DNA of 64,000 bases, taken from the NCBI GenBank assembly GCA_964452525.1, contig CAYVLZ010000003.1, forward strand, positions 54,736 through 118,735, written 5' to 3'. The notes beneath the pieces were generated by a model that did no database searches, was not told the origin of the DNA, and worked only from the letters and a program-made list of their open reading frames with translations. The position numbers and the translations under genes are program-made. The first letter of the stretch is position 1. Each line of letters begins with the position of its first letter. Positions 8,641 to 19,758 of this stretch are shown here, one piece after another. Origin of the DNA: Candidatus Woesearchaeota archaeon. Its GTDB lineage: Archaea; Nanobdellota; Nanobdellia; SCGC-AAA011-G17; CAYFGV01.

Positions 8641-10698
8641 ATGGTCCAGTTGATTTTGACAGAAAAGCCTCAAGCAAGTTTAAAAATAGCTACGGCTCTG
8701 GCAGAAGGAAAAATTTCCAAAGATAGCTATAAGAAAGTCCCTTACTATGAAATAACCCGCAAAGGGAAAAAAATAATTGTTGCTTGTGCAGTAGGCCATT
8801 TATTTAGTTTAACTGAAAAAGAGAAATCCACAAAATACCCTGTAGAAGACATAAAATGGATAGAAAATTACAAAGTCTCAACCCAAGCCAAGTTTACTAA
8901 AAATTACGTAGATGTATTAAAGAAACTAGCCAAAGAAGCAGATTCCTTTATTGTTGCTTGTGATTATGATATTGAAGGTTCCACAATAGGAGCTAATGTT
9001 ATCCGTTTTATATTCAAAAAAGAAGATGCAAGAAGAATGAAATTCTCTACTTTAACCAAAAATGAATTAATTCAGAGTTACGAACACTCCATGCCCCATT
9101 TGGACTTTGAACAGATAGATGCGGGTTATGTAAGACACGAACTTGACTTCCGTTATGGTATTTCCGGATCAAGAGCATTAACAAATTCGATCAAAAATGC
9201 AACAAATCAGTACAAAGTAATGTCTACTGGAAGGGTTCAAGGACCAACATTAAAGATAATTGTAGAAAGAGAAAAAGAAATCCAAGCGTTTAAACCAGTT
9301 CCATTCTGGCAAATATCTCTCAATGGATTGATTAAAAAACAAAAAATAATTGCTTGGCATGAAGAAGATAAATTCTGGGAAAAGAAAAAAGCAGACAAAG
9401 TAATAGAAAAAACAAAAAATCAAGATGGAATAGTAAAGAAAGTTAAGAAACAAAAATTCAAACAACCCCCCCCAACACCTTTTGATCTAACCACCTTACA
9501 AACAGAGGCTTATAGGGTTTCTAGAATTTTACCAAAGGAAACTTTAGAAATAGCTCAAAATCTTTATCTTAATGGTTTAATTTCTTATCCAAGAACTTCA
9601 TCTCAACAATTGCCTCCTTCAATAGACTATAAGAAGATTTTAAAAGAAATTTCCAAACAGAATAATTACAAAACTTTGTGTAACACCCTTCTAAAAAAAC
9701 CATTGAGACCAAATAACGGAAAGAAAAAAGATCCTGCACATCCCGCTATTTACGCAACAGGAGAGATTCCCAAACAATTATCACAAAGACAATTTAAAAT
9801 CTACGATTTAATTGTTAAAAGAACCCTCTCTACATTTGCAGATCCCGCTATAAGAGAAACAGCAGAAATAACAATAGATGTTAATAAAGAAAATTTCATT
9901 GCCAAAGGGACAAGAACAATAGACAGGCAATGGCATCTTTTCTACAATCCTTATGTTTCTTTCAAAGAAGAAGAGCTTCCAGAAGTAAAAGAGAAAGATT
10001 CTGTAAAAGTAAAATATATCGATTTATTACAAAAAGAAACTCAACCTTCAAAAAGATACACACCCTCTTCCATAATAAAAAAAATGGAATCTCTTGGAAT
10101 TGGAACAAAAGCAACAAGAAGCAACATCATTGAAACACTTTATCAGAGACATTATATTAAAGAAACAGCCATAGAAGCAACTTCTCTAGGAATTAAGACT
10201 ATAGAAACTCTTGAAAAATATGTTCCAGAAATCATAGATGTTAAATTAACAAGACATTTCGAAGAAGAAATGGAGAAAATTCAAGAAAGAAAGAAAAAGA
10301 AAGAAAAAGTCCTTGAAGAAGCTAAAAAAACTTTAATTAAAATATTTAAACATTTTAAAGAAAACGAAATAAAAATTGGAAAAGCATTATCAGAAGCTAA
10401 TATTAAGACAAGAGAAGAATCAACGATTGTGGGAAAATGCGACAAATGTAAGAATGATTTAAGGATAATGTACTCTAAGAAAAACAGACAATATTTTGTT
10501 GCTTGTTCTGGTTATCCCAAATGTAAAAATACCTTTTCTTTACCAATGGGATTACCAAAACCTACCGGAAAAATTTGTAGAGAATGTGGCACCCCAACAG
10601 TTTTTATAATTAGAAAAGGTAAAAGAAAGTTTGAATATTGTTTAAATAAAAACTGTAAATTAAAAGAAGAATACTTCAACAAGTTAAACTCTAAATAA
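8641..10698 (+). CDS. topA: DNA topoisomerase I (type IA), Toprim plus C-terminal zinc ribbons
   Basis: Toprim region VACDYDIEGSTIG, catalytic Tyr region LISYPRTSSQQLP, C-terminal CDKCKN...CSGYPKC and CRECG...C zinc ribbons. Confidence 0.85.
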   Translation: MVQLILTEKPQASLKIATALAEGKISKDSYKKVPYYEITRKGKKIIVACAVGHLFSLTEKEKSTKYPVEDIKWIENYKVSTQAKFTKNYVDVLKKLAKEADSFIVACDYDIEGSTIGANVIRFIFKKEDARRMKFSTLTKNELIQSYEHSMPHLDFEQIDAGYVRHELDFRYGISGSRALTNSIKNATNQYKVMSTGRVQGPTLKIIVEREKEIQAFKPVPFWQISLNGLIKKQKIIAWHEEDKFWEKKKADKVIEKTKNQDGIVKKVKKQKFKQPPPTPFDLTTLQTEAYRVSRILPKETLEIAQNLYLNGLISYPRTSSQQLPPSIDYKKILKEISKQNNYKTLCNTLLKKPLRPNNGKKKDPAHPAIYATGEIPKQLSQRQFKIYDLIVKRTLSTFADPAIRETAEITIDVNKENFIAKGTRTIDRQWHLFYNPYVSFKEEELPEVKEKDSVKVKYIDLLQKETQPSKRYTPSSIIKKMESLGIGTKATRSNIIETLYQRHYIKETAIEATSLGIKTIETLEKYVPEIIDVKLTRHFEEEMEKIQERKKKKEKVLEEAKKTLIKIFKHFKENEIKIGKALSEANIKTREESTIVGKCDKCKNDLRIMYSKKNRQYFVACSGYPKCKNTFSLPMGLPKPTGKICRECGTPTVFIIRKGKRKFEYCLNKNCKLKEEYFNKLNSK

Positions 10699-11313
10699 AC
10701 CGTTTTCTTTAATCTCAAAATTAATCTCTCTATTTATTGGTTTTTTTAATATTGCCTTTCTGTTTTCATTTTTCTCTAATTCGATTAGATAGGTACAGGA
10801 CTCTCTTATTATTTCTCCACCAACCACCCTTGTTGAATTATCTTTAATACTAGTATAAACCTGGTTTGTTATTATTACAGGAATATCCTTGGAGATATCA
10901 TTTAACATCCTTACTTGGCTTATTAGCATTCTATTTGCTAGAACCGGCTTACTTTTGACTAAGGTTCTGTATCTATTTCCAATACTATCTATTATCACTA
11001 AAGAAGCTTTTTTACAAATTTCTTTAACATTCTTTATCTTTAATTGCTGATCTTTAAAACTATTAATTCTAAACAGAAGAATATTTTCCAATAATTCCTT
11101 ATAGTTTTCTCCAGCTAGTTGTTTAAATCTTTCAATATTAAATTCATTTTCCGTATCCATAAAAATAACTTTTTTACCATTCTTAGCTTGCTCTATAGCT
11201 GCTATTTTTGCTATTGTTGTTTTTCCAGTAGCAGCAGCCCCGTATAACAAGGTAGTATTTCTATATCCGCCAAGAAGTTCGTTAAAAATCTCGCATCCAG
11301 TTTTAATCTTCAT
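10684..11313 (-). CDS. radB: RecA-superfamily ATPase, RadB-like
   Basis: ELLGGYRNTTLLYGAAATGKTT (Walker A), about 210 aa, C-terminal EINFEIKENGL as in RadB. Confidence 0.55.
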   Translation of the reverse strand: MKIKTGCEIFNELLGGYRNTTLLYGAAATGKTTIAKIAAIEQAKNGKKVIFMDTENEFNIERFKQLAGENYKELLENILLFRINSFKDQQLKIKNVKEICKKASLVIIDSIGNRYRTLVKSKPVLANRMLISQVRMLNDISKDIPVIITNQVYTSIKDNSTRVVGGEIIRESCTYLIELEKNENRKAILKKPINREINFEIKENGLFRV

Positions 11314-11362
11314 CTACATAACTAATACTATCAGATATTAATACTTTTATATTCTTAAATTA

Positions 11363-11689
11363 TTATCTTCTTCTCTTCTTCTTAGTATTCCTGAAAATAT
11401 AGATATACAATATTGGAAGTATTCCTGCAGTGTTCAATATGAACATCACTATGAACCATATTTTCTTGTTGTCTCTACCTGCATACCATAGTGCTATACC
11501 CTTCCAAATTGCCGACCATATTATCAGCAATACGAATGCTGCAATATATCCTGATGCCCTATTGATTTTCTTAAAACAGGGGTTTAAATACTTTTTTAAA
11601 TCAATATTTGTTAACAAAAATATGATAAAACAGATAATCTTTAATGGAAAGGAGCTTGGACATCTTACTGAAGAATTTGGAAAAAGCAT
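11363..11689 (-). CDS. small membrane protein with basic C-terminal tail
   Basis: Three hydrophobic helices and a KKKRRR tail. Confidence 0.45.
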   Translation of the reverse strand: MLFPNSSVRCPSSFPLKIICFIIFLLTNIDLKKYLNPCFKKINRASGYIAAFVLLIIWSAIWKGIALWYAGRDNKKIWFIVMFILNTAGILPILYIYIFRNTKKKRRR

Positions 11690-12039
11690 ATTTGCTGCTA
11701 CAAATTTACAATCTTTAGAAAATTTTTTTACATTACGTCCTCTAAATGAAATAGAGATAAAAGAAGATTCTGGATCATCTAGAGTAACGACTTATGAGCA
11801 ATTTAAAGAAGAATATTTCCAAGATATCTGTGGTTTTTATCCTAGTTGGGAAGATTATATTCTTAAAAATCAACCGGTTAGAACTAAGAAAGAATATGAA
11901 CATCTATATCAGAATTATTTATGAAACCTTTAACTATAAGCTGTAAAGTAAACGCCAGTTCAGAATTAAATTAATGTGCAAAGCCCCCAGCACCAAAACA
12001 TTTATATACCAGCGGTATATACACTAAATATATACAAAA

Positions 12040-12399
12040 ATGGAAGACGCATTTAACAACACAATACTCTGTAATAAATGTAATAAAAGGACGAAGAAAG
12101 TGGTAACTATAAAAGACGGCTTTAAAATAAGAACTCTTGAATGTCCAGAGTGTAAGAAACAATGGTATCACCCATTAGATTTGCAAAGATATAAAAACTT
12201 CAGGACATTAAGGGATAAAGAATTTAGAGTAAAATTAAGGATGGTAGGAAACAGTTTCTGCGTCTCAATACCAAAAGAAATAATAGAATTTGAAGAAAAA
12301 TTCGCTAGGCTAGAAAAGGAAATTGACAACCTAATAAGAATGTCCTTAGAAGAGCCTGGAAAACTAAGTTTATTTTTCCAAAGAGGAATCAAAAAATGA
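12040..12399 (+). CDS. zinc-ribbon protein with C-terminal SpoVT/AbrB-like swapped-hairpin domain
   Basis: CNKCNK...CPECKK ribbon, then [20 protein letters not shown] typical of AbrB/MazE-type domains; stop overlaps the cdc48 start (ATGA). Confidence 0.55.
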   Translation: MEDAFNNTILCNKCNKRTKKVVTIKDGFKIRTLECPECKKQWYHPLDLQRYKNFRTLRDKEFRVKLRMVGNSFCVSIPKEIIEFEEKFARLEKEIDNLIRMSLEEPGKLSLFFQRGIKK

Positions 12400-14669
12400 A
12401 AGAAGTTAATCTAAAAGTTATGGAAGCATTTCAGGAAGAAGCTTACAAAGGTATAGTTAGAATAGACTCTCAAACTATGAAAGAGATCGGAGTAAGATCA
12501 GGAGACATAGTTGAAATTGAAGGTAAAAGAAAAACTTTCGGAATAGCAGACAGAGCCTATCCAACCGACGTTGGAGAATCTATAATCAGGATGGATGGAT
12601 TATTAAGAAGAAATGCAAGAACAGGTATAGGAGAATTTGTCAAGGTAAGCAACGGTGAAGTAAAAGAGGCTAAAAGAGTTGTAATAGCACCTTCGCAACA
12701 AGGGGTAATGATACAAGCAGATCCTACTGTATTTAAAAACGGTTTACTTGGGAGGGTTGTAAGTAAAGGTGATGTAGTTGCTTTAGGTGGAGCAAAAAGA
12801 AGAAGATCCACGATGACCGGCTCTCCATTCGAAGATATTTTTGATTTCTTTGAACAAGGCTTCATGGGCATGGGTAGCCTCGGAAGTTTAAAATTCATAA
12901 TAGCAGACACCAATCCAAAGGATGCTGTAATAATCACAGAACAAACAGATGTTAAATTAAGTCCAAAAGCAGTTGAAGTTACAGAAGAAGTTGTTCCAGA
13001 TGTAACTTATGAAGACCTCGGAGGATTAAGTGATGAAATAAGAAAAATCAGAGAACTAGTAGAAGTTCCATTAAAGCATCCAGAACTATTCTCAAAATTA
13101 GGAATTGAGCCACCAGCTGGAGTTTTATTATATGGTCCACCTGGTTGCGGAAAAACTTTACTTGCTAAAGCTGTTGCTAATGAAACAGAATCTAATTTCA
13201 TACTTGTTAATGGTCCAGAAATTATGAATAAATTCTACGGAGAATCTGAAAAAAGAATACGTCAAATATTTGAAGAAGCAGAACAAAAAGCACCCTCCAT
13301 TATTTTCATAGATGAAATCGATGCTATAGCTCCAAAAAGAGAAGAAACCCGTGGAGAAGTTGAAAGAAGAGTTGTTGCCCAGTTATTAACAATGATGGAT
13401 GGTTTAAAGACCAGAAAAAACGTTGTTGTTATAGCAGCAACCAACAGACCAAATGCTTTAGACCCAGCATTAAGGAGACCAGGAAGATTAGATAGAGAAA
13501 TATCTTTCGGTGTTCCAAATAAAAAAGGAAGATTGGAAGTTCTTAAAATCCATACAAGAAATATGCCTCTTACTAAGGATGTAAGCTTAGATTATTTAGC
13601 AGATATCACTCATGGTTTTGTTGGAGCAGATCTTTCAGCTCTTGCAAAAGAGGCTGCTATGAGTGTTTTAAGAAAAGTACTTCCAAAGATAAAGGTAAAA
13701 GAAAAAGAACCAATACCTCAAAAGGTAATTGAACAATTAAAAATAACACAAGAAGATTTTAAAGAGGCATTAAAAATTGTAAGACCCTCTGCACTTAGAG
13801 AGGTATCGGTAGAGAAACCAAATATAAAATGGGAAGACATTGGAGGCTTAGAAGATCTAAAACAAGATTTAAAAGAAGTAATAGAATGGCCATTAAAGCA
13901 AAGCGAAGCCTTTACGAGATTAGGAATAAGGCCCCCAAGAGGAGTTCTCCTATATGGTCCTCCGGGTACAGGAAAAACAATGTTGGCAAAAGCAGTAGCA
14001 AATGAATCAGAAGCTAACTTTGTATCTGTCAAAGGACCAGAATTATTAAGCATGTGGGTGGGAGAATCAGAAAAAGGAATAAGAAAGATATTTGAAAAAG
14101 CAAGACAAGCAGCCCCGTCAATAATCTTTTTTGATGAGGTAGATGCCATTGCAGCAAGAAGAGGATTAGAATCGGGAACAAAAGTAACAGAAAGAATAGT
14201 TAATCAGTTATTATCCGAAATGGATGGTTTAGAAGATCTTAATGACGTAATAGTTGTAGCAGCCACTAATCGTCCAGACATGGTAGATCCTGCTTTGTTA
14301 AGGCCAGGAAGATTCGACAGAATAATCCTTACTCCAGTACCAGATAAAAAAAGCAGAAAAAAGATATTTGAAGTTCATACAAAAGGTATGAAACTTTCAA
14401 AAGAAATAAAATTAGATAAGTTAAGCGAACTAACAAACAATTACACCGGCGCAGACATAGAAGCTGTTTGTAGGGAAGCAGCAATGATAGCACTAAGAGA
14501 AAGTATTTCTGCCAAAGAAATTAAAATGAAACACTTTACAGAAGCATTAAAGAAAATAAGACCCTCCATAACGGAAGAGAACATTAAGAAATATAAACAA
14601 ATAGAAGAAGAATATCTTAAAACAGCAAGAGGCGCAGCCATCACTCAACATCCAACCTACTTTGGTTAG
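12396..14669 (+). CDS. cdc48: Cdc48/VCP-like AAA+ ATPase (two AAA domains)
   Basis: Two Walker A ([16 protein letters not shown]), two Walker B ([16 protein letters not shown]), N-terminal double-psi barrel domain. Confidence 0.9.
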   Translation: MKEVNLKVMEAFQEEAYKGIVRIDSQTMKEIGVRSGDIVEIEGKRKTFGIADRAYPTDVGESIIRMDGLLRRNARTGIGEFVKVSNGEVKEAKRVVIAPSQQGVMIQADPTVFKNGLLGRVVSKGDVVALGGAKRRRSTMTGSPFEDIFDFFEQGFMGMGSLGSLKFIIADTNPKDAVIITEQTDVKLSPKAVEVTEEVVPDVTYEDLGGLSDEIRKIRELVEVPLKHPELFSKLGIEPPAGVLLYGPPGCGKTLLAKAVANETESNFILVNGPEIMNKFYGESEKRIRQIFEEAEQKAPSIIFIDEIDAIAPKREETRGEVERRVVAQLLTMMDGLKTRKNVVVIAATNRPNALDPALRRPGRLDREISFGVPNKKGRLEVLKIHTRNMPLTKDVSLDYLADITHGFVGADLSALAKEAAMSVLRKVLPKIKVKEKEPIPQKVIEQLKITQEDFKEALKIVRPSALREVSVEKPNIKWEDIGGLEDLKQDLKEVIEWPLKQSEAFTRLGIRPPRGVLLYGPPGTGKTMLAKAVANESEANFVSVKGPELLSMWVGESEKGIRKIFEKARQAAPSIIFFDEVDAIAARRGLESGTKVTERIVNQLLSEMDGLEDLNDVIVVAATNRPDMVDPALLRPGRFDRIILTPVPDKKSRKKIFEVHTKGMKLSKEIKLDKLSELTNNYTGADIEAVCREAAMIALRESISAKEIKMKHFTEALKKIRPSITEENIKKYKQIEEEYLKTARGAAITQHPTYFG

Positions 14670-15538
14670 ATCTTGGTGGTAACTTTCTTACCCACGATTA
14701 AGCTATGTTCGCTTTGACTTACTAAACTACCTTTCTTCTTTTCTATTAACTGCGGATATCTGTAAAGAATTTCACTTCTCTCCAGAAGATTTAAAGCAAA
14801 ACTAACTTTAAAGCTATCAAATTTTTTTAATAACCATCTTTTAGCAAATGGCAATTCCTTGTAGTTTTCTCCAATGTACATTATTATTTTCCTAACATTA
14901 GGATTTCTTACTGGTTTAATATCAGCCAATCTATAAATATCACTTGGCTTACCATCACCGATTATTCCTGCTCCTGTACTTGCAAAAGGTTCTATTGCAA
15001 TTTTCTGTCCTTCTTTCAGCTCCGTATCATCTCCATTATCAAAGTTAGGAATCGTCGGCTTGTCATGTATTCTATATTCTCCCAATCCGTGTCCAGATAA
15101 ATTTCTTACAGGAGAAAAACCTTTACTCGTAATAACTTCATGTATTACTTTTCCGATTTCACAAACTTTAACTCCCGGATTAGCCAATTTTAAAGCAGCC
15201 TCTAATGCTTCTTCAGAAGCTCTAACCAATTCAGTATTATTTCCAAGATCAACACTGACAGCAGTATCTCCTATAGCTCCATTAAACTGAACTCCAACGT
15301 CTAATTTAACAAGATCACTTTCTTTAAATTTCAATTCATCTTTAACAACAGCAGTATAATGTGCAGCAATGTCATTGATAGAAACATTCAAAGGAAAGGC
15401 CAGATTACCCCCGAGTTCGATTATCCTTTTCTCAACTTTTTCAGTTACTTCCAAAACACCAGTATCAATCTTAACTAGACTTTTTGCATAATCTCTTGCC
15501 TCAGCAGCTATTTTTCCAGCAGTTTCCCAATCTTTCAT
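14666..15538 (-). CDS. map: methionine aminopeptidase, type 2 (archaeal)
   Basis: Pita-bread fold motifs: [33 protein letters not shown]; start overlaps the polB stop. Confidence 0.8.
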   Translation of the reverse strand: MKDWETAGKIAAEARDYAKSLVKIDTGVLEVTEKVEKRIIELGGNLAFPLNVSINDIAAHYTAVVKDELKFKESDLVKLDVGVQFNGAIGDTAVSVDLGNNTELVRASEEALEAALKLANPGVKVCEIGKVIHEVITSKGFSPVRNLSGHGLGEYRIHDKPTIPNFDNGDDTELKEGQKIAIEPFASTGAGIIGDGKPSDIYRLADIKPVRNPNVRKIIMYIGENYKELPFAKRWLLKKFDSFKVSFALNLLERSEILYRYPQLIEKKKGSLVSQSEHSLIVGKKVTTKI

Positions 15539-18000
15539 TGAAAATCACCCAACTTACTTTGTTCCTTGCCAGATATTAAATCTTCCTTTTTATAACCAAG
15601 AACATCAAATATTCTTTCTACTGCAGGCAAAATTTGGTTATTAATATAGTAATCAGCATCATAACTTTTAGCGTCATCTACTACGGAGGCCCTATCTCTA
15701 ATTCTTCCACTACCTTCCGTAACTACATACTTGATAACACTTCCTACTCCGACAAAAATTCCTTTATTTCTCATCTTTTTGGCAACTTCTACATGAGGTC
15801 CAATTAATTCATAATTTTCAATACTTTTTTTTAATTGAGTTCTAATGACCATATCTTTAATATCAATCTTCTTTTCTTTTATATCATCAATAATTTTCCT
15901 TACATAATCATAAGCCTTTTCCGGAGAATTTTCCTTTAATAAAATCTCTAAAACCTTTTTCTGAACTTCTCTAGCAATCAAACTCCAATCTCTTCTTAAT
16001 GTTTCAAAACCCCTAACTTTTATCCTATCATCTTTTGAGATTAGAGCATATTTCTTTTTAGCACCCTGTGTTTCCCCCCTTTTTGATACAAAAATGCCTC
16101 TTTTATAAAAATCCTCTAAACTTATCTCCATTAGACTTGGCAAATATTTATTTACCTCGTCCAAGAATTCTAAAGCATCTTTCTCACTTTTCCTTCCGAG
16201 AACAATAAAAATCGAATCTGTATCGGAATATATTACTTCAAACCCCTTTTCTCTAGATTTATCTATTAAATCTTTAATATATTTTCTTCCAAAAGCAGTG
16301 ATGGCTTCAGCACATTCTCTACAATACCATCTTGCTCCAAAGAAACCAAAATAACCATATGCAGCGTTAGCTACTGTTTTTAATGCGTAATCTCTCGCTT
16401 CCAAAACTCTGTCGTCCCTACCTTTCTTAAGCATCTCTTTGACCCTTGCCCTTCTTGTTATTACATCTCTAATAGCAATTGGAATTAACCCTTCTCTTTT
16501 AGTTATAAAATGATATTTGACTTTTCTGCCATCAATATTTATCTCCGGACTTTCATAACCTTTCTTTTCTTTACTTAAAGTGCTTCTACAAATATTATGC
16601 GAAACAATGATACTCGGATACATTGACTGAAAATCAAAAACAGCAACTTTCTCATACAATCCCGCTTTTGGCTCAAACACAAATGCTCCCTCATATTTGT
16701 ACAAAGCCCTTCTCATAGCAACTTCATTATTTTTAGGACGATTAGGAATTATTTCATTAAACTCTTTTGCTCTTTTCATCAAATATCTCTCAACTAGTTG
16801 ACTATAACTAGATCTACACACATCATACATTGGTTGGCTTATTAACTTAGTTAGTTCTTCTAGATTAGGTAAAATTCTCATCGTCAACTCTAGAGCCAAC
16901 CTAGAATCTTGTAAATTGTATTCACAATATTCTCCTAACTTTTCACTTGCATTATCCCATATCACTCCAATGGCCTCCATATCAGCATCTAATTTATCAA
17001 GATTTAATATTTCTCTTGCTACATTTCCAAGACCATAATTATCAAGTTTCAAAGAAGGACCCATAACACCCTTAAAGAATTTGAATACATCTAAATGTAC
17101 AATACCTTTAATCTTCGCTTTCGACACTGACCCTCTTTTGTTAATTGCCAAATTAGATTCACTAAAACTTAATTTTACCTCATTCTTGCCTGCTCTAGTA
17201 TTCAAATAAGGAAAATCAAAACCATCGCTGAAATAACCTACAAGATAATCAGGATCACATTCTTTAACAGTTTTATTAAACTCTTTTATCAATTCACTTT
17301 CATCTTTAACAAACTTTACATAGTTTTTAGCTTTCTTAAACTTCTTCCAAGTTATCACTTCTTCAAATCCATCATTTCCTTTAAAAGAAACCATGATTAT
17401 TGGATCTCTTTCAGCAACAGGATATCTTCTTTCTTTAGTATAAGCTTCTATGTCAAAAGCAAGAATTCTTGGTTTAGAAAACGATTCACCTTCTAGCTCC
17501 TTGAGATTATTACATTTAACAATAACATCGACATCTAAATCTGGTCTTTCTACAAATTCTCCTTCAACCTCGTAAAGTAACAAAGGAGTAATTTTTTTAT
17601 CAAACAGGTAGGTTCTACTAAACAGAATATCATTCTCTAGAACTTTGTCTACCTCTTTAAACTCTTTTATTATTTTACTTAGATTGTCAATGCTTCCCAA
17701 ATGATTTACTTCTACCTTTATTGCCCCTACACCCTCTCCCAGATATTTCATATTCTTAACTTCAGTATTTATGATAGTTCTCTTGCCCTTATAATCAAAA
17801 TCCATCCCCTGTATCCTTTCACTTATCTTTACAGTATCAGAATCTTTTTTAGTAATTACATAGAAATATGGCCTGTATTTTTCGTCCAAAACACAAACCT
17901 TCTTCCCATTAGTCGTTCTACCGAATAATTGAACAACAGGAACGCCCTCTAAATCCGTTTCATAACTTACATCAACAATGTAAAATTGAAGCTTAACCAT
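15535..18000 (-). CDS. polB: family-B DNA polymerase
   Basis: Exo I FDIE, Pol motifs DFQSMYPSII and YSDTDSIF, KKKY; C-terminal [11 protein letters not shown]-like box; no intein. Confidence 0.9.
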   Translation of the reverse strand: MVKLQFYIVDVSYETDLEGVPVVQLFGRTTNGKKVCVLDEKYRPYFYVITKKDSDTVKISERIQGMDFDYKGKRTIINTEVKNMKYLGEGVGAIKVEVNHLGSIDNLSKIIKEFKEVDKVLENDILFSRTYLFDKKITPLLLYEVEGEFVERPDLDVDVIVKCNNLKELEGESFSKPRILAFDIEAYTKERRYPVAERDPIIMVSFKGNDGFEEVITWKKFKKAKNYVKFVKDESELIKEFNKTVKECDPDYLVGYFSDGFDFPYLNTRAGKNEVKLSFSESNLAINKRGSVSKAKIKGIVHLDVFKFFKGVMGPSLKLDNYGLGNVAREILNLDKLDADMEAIGVIWDNASEKLGEYCEYNLQDSRLALELTMRILPNLEELTKLISQPMYDVCRSSYSQLVERYLMKRAKEFNEIIPNRPKNNEVAMRRALYKYEGAFVFEPKAGLYEKVAVFDFQSMYPSIIVSHNICRSTLSKEKKGYESPEINIDGRKVKYHFITKREGLIPIAIRDVITRRARVKEMLKKGRDDRVLEARDYALKTVANAAYGYFGFFGARWYCRECAEAITAFGRKYIKDLIDKSREKGFEVIYSDTDSIFIVLGRKSEKDALEFLDEVNKYLPSLMEISLEDFYKRGIFVSKRGETQGAKKKYALISKDDRIKVRGFETLRRDWSLIAREVQKKVLEILLKENSPEKAYDYVRKIIDDIKEKKIDIKDMVIRTQLKKSIENYELIGPHVEVAKKMRNKGIFVGVGSVIKYVVTEGSGRIRDRASVVDDAKSYDADYYINNQILPAVERIFDVLGYKKEDLISGKEQSKLGDFQ

Positions 18001-18034
18001 GTCCCAGGTAAAGAAATAAGCCTTATAAAACTTT

Positions 18035-18676
18035 TTAAAAGAATTTATTTAAAACCTGATTAACAGCTATTTGCTCTTTTTCTGGTTTGAATAAATAGGT
18101 ATTTTTATCATCAAAATAACCACATCTAAACTTCTCTAATCCTATTCCAGTCCTTTTACTTAACATTAAAGCATAAAACAAGGTTTGTGTAGATGCATAT
18201 TCTTCTTTTTCAGCTTTGGGCTTATAATCCCACACCCATATCTTACCATCTTCTACTCTTAGAATATCAATATGTCCTGTCAAAGGCCTTTTACTGTTAA
18301 ATCTCATTTCAAAGTCGTCTATCTCATCATATTTTAACCATACCGGAACCTCTATAGCAATTGTTTTGGGATCGTTCTGTAACAAAAACATCTGTACCTT
18401 CATATGGTTGGATTGATAAGAATCATCCCTTAACCCATGTTTACTTAAAGAAGAAAGTTCATGACCCCTAGCATCCTTTAATTCAACTCTTGTTTTAAAT
18501 TTTAAAGCAGAACTTCTTGGTCCAGAATTGAAATAATTATCAGGACACTTATAAAACATTTTTTCTAAATATTCCCTTAAACTAGGAAAATCTTTACACA
18601 GCCTACTTGTTCTTGTATGATTAATACTATAAAAGTAAAATCCCCCAGAGTGATCCAAAGAAATTTGCTTTATCAT
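18035..18676 (-). CDS. PD-(D/E)xK nuclease-fold protein with C-terminal PIP-like motif (NucS/EndoMS-like candidate)
   Basis: IEVPV...GHIDIL...WVWDYKP gives the E/D...(D/E)xK pattern; C-terminal NQVLNKFF resembles the FEN1 tail QSLDRFF in the same window. Confidence 0.4.
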   Translation of the reverse strand: MIKQISLDHSGGFYFYSINHTRTSRLCKDFPSLREYLEKMFYKCPDNYFNSGPRSSALKFKTRVELKDARGHELSSLSKHGLRDDSYQSNHMKVQMFLLQNDPKTIAIEVPVWLKYDEIDDFEMRFNSKRPLTGHIDILRVEDGKIWVWDYKPKAEKEEYASTQTLFYALMLSKRTGIGLEKFRCGYFDDKNTYLFKPEKEQIAVNQVLNKFF

Positions 18677-18750
18677 ATTAATCTTTTAAACAACTCAGAT
18701 ATAAAGATTATTATGGTAAATTATTTAAATTACATTTCATTATTCCAACT

Positions 18751-19758
18751 ATGGGCGTACAAATAACAGAGCTTCTTCCAAAAAAAGAAATAGAGATCGA
18801 AAAGCTTGCTGGCAAAAAATTAGCTTTAGATGCTTCCAACATACTCTATCAGTTTTTAACTTCAATAAGACAGAGAGACGGAACCCCCCTGATGGATTCA
18901 CAAGGAAGGATAACATCACATTTAATGGGCATTTCCACAAGAGTTTCCAATTTAATTAATTCCAATTTAAAGTTATTTTTCTGTTTTGACGGTAAACCTC
19001 CCTTATTAAAGGTAAAGGAGCAAGAAGAAAGGGCTTACAGAAAGGAAATAGCAGAAAAGAAATTAAAAGAAGCTAAAGAAAAGAGAGATATTAACCTAAT
19101 GCAGAAATATGCTAAACAGACTACTCGATTAACCCCTGAGATAATTAAAGAGTCAAAAGAACTGTTGCAAGCATTTGGAATCCCCATAATCCAATGCCCT
19201 GGAGAAGCAGAAGCACAAGCCGCTTACATATGTGAAAAAAGAGATGCTTATGCGGTAGTATCCCAAGACAACGATTCTTTGCTATATTCTACCCCAAGAA
19301 TGATCAGAAATTTAACATTATCACAAAGAAAAAGACTTCCGTCTGGCGCAACAATAAAAGTTAAACCAGAAATAATTGAACTGAAACAGGTTCTTAAAAA
19401 ATTAGAAATAAATCAAGATCAGTTAATTGTCTTATCAATCCTGATAGGAACTGATTATAACATTGGGGGTGTAAAGGGAATCGGTCCTAAAAATGCTTTA
19501 AGATTAGTTAAACAAAATAAAAATTTTGATAAACTCTTTAAAGAAGTTAAAGCAGATTTTGATTGGAAAAAAATCTTCGCAGTCTTTAAATCAATGCCGA
19601 TAATGAAAAACTACCAACTAAGATGGAAAGATCCAGATATAGAAAAAATTAACGAAATTCTTGTTGAAGAACACGACTTCCAAAAAGAAAGAGTCGATAA
19701 AGTTACAGAAAAATTAACAAAGAAAAAACCAAGTCAATCTTTAGATAGATTTTTTTAA
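18751..19758 (+). CDS. fen1: flap endonuclease 1
   Basis: XPG-N/XPG-I domains, helix-hairpin-helix GIGPKNALRLV, C-terminal QSLDRFF PCNA-binding tail. Confidence 0.9.
   Translation: MGVQITELLPKKEIEIEKLAGKKLALDASNILYQFLTSIRQRDGTPLMDSQGRITSHLMGISTRVSNLINSNLKLFFCFDGKPPLLKVKEQEERAYRKEIAEKKLKEAKEKRDINLMQKYAKQTTRLTPEIIKESKELLQAFGIPIIQCPGEAEAQAAYICEKRDAYAVVSQDNDSLLYSTPRMIRNLTLSQRKRLPSGATIKVKPEIIELKQVLKKLEINQDQLIVLSILIGTDYNIGGVKGIGPKNALRLVKQNKNFDKLFKEVKADFDWKKIFAVFKSMPIMKNYQLRWKDPDIEKINEILVEEHDFQKERVDKVTEKLTKKKPSQSLDRFF

Noticed and set aside
11430-11924. 164-aa plus-strand ORF
   Set aside because: 5' two-thirds overlap the better-supported minus-strand membrane protein. Only the 3' part (from about 11622) might be a real small gene; evidence insufficient.
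12557-14149. Several minus-strand ORFs (126, 64, 60, 143 aa) inside cdc48
   Set aside because: All antisense to the AAA+ ATPase gene; no motifs
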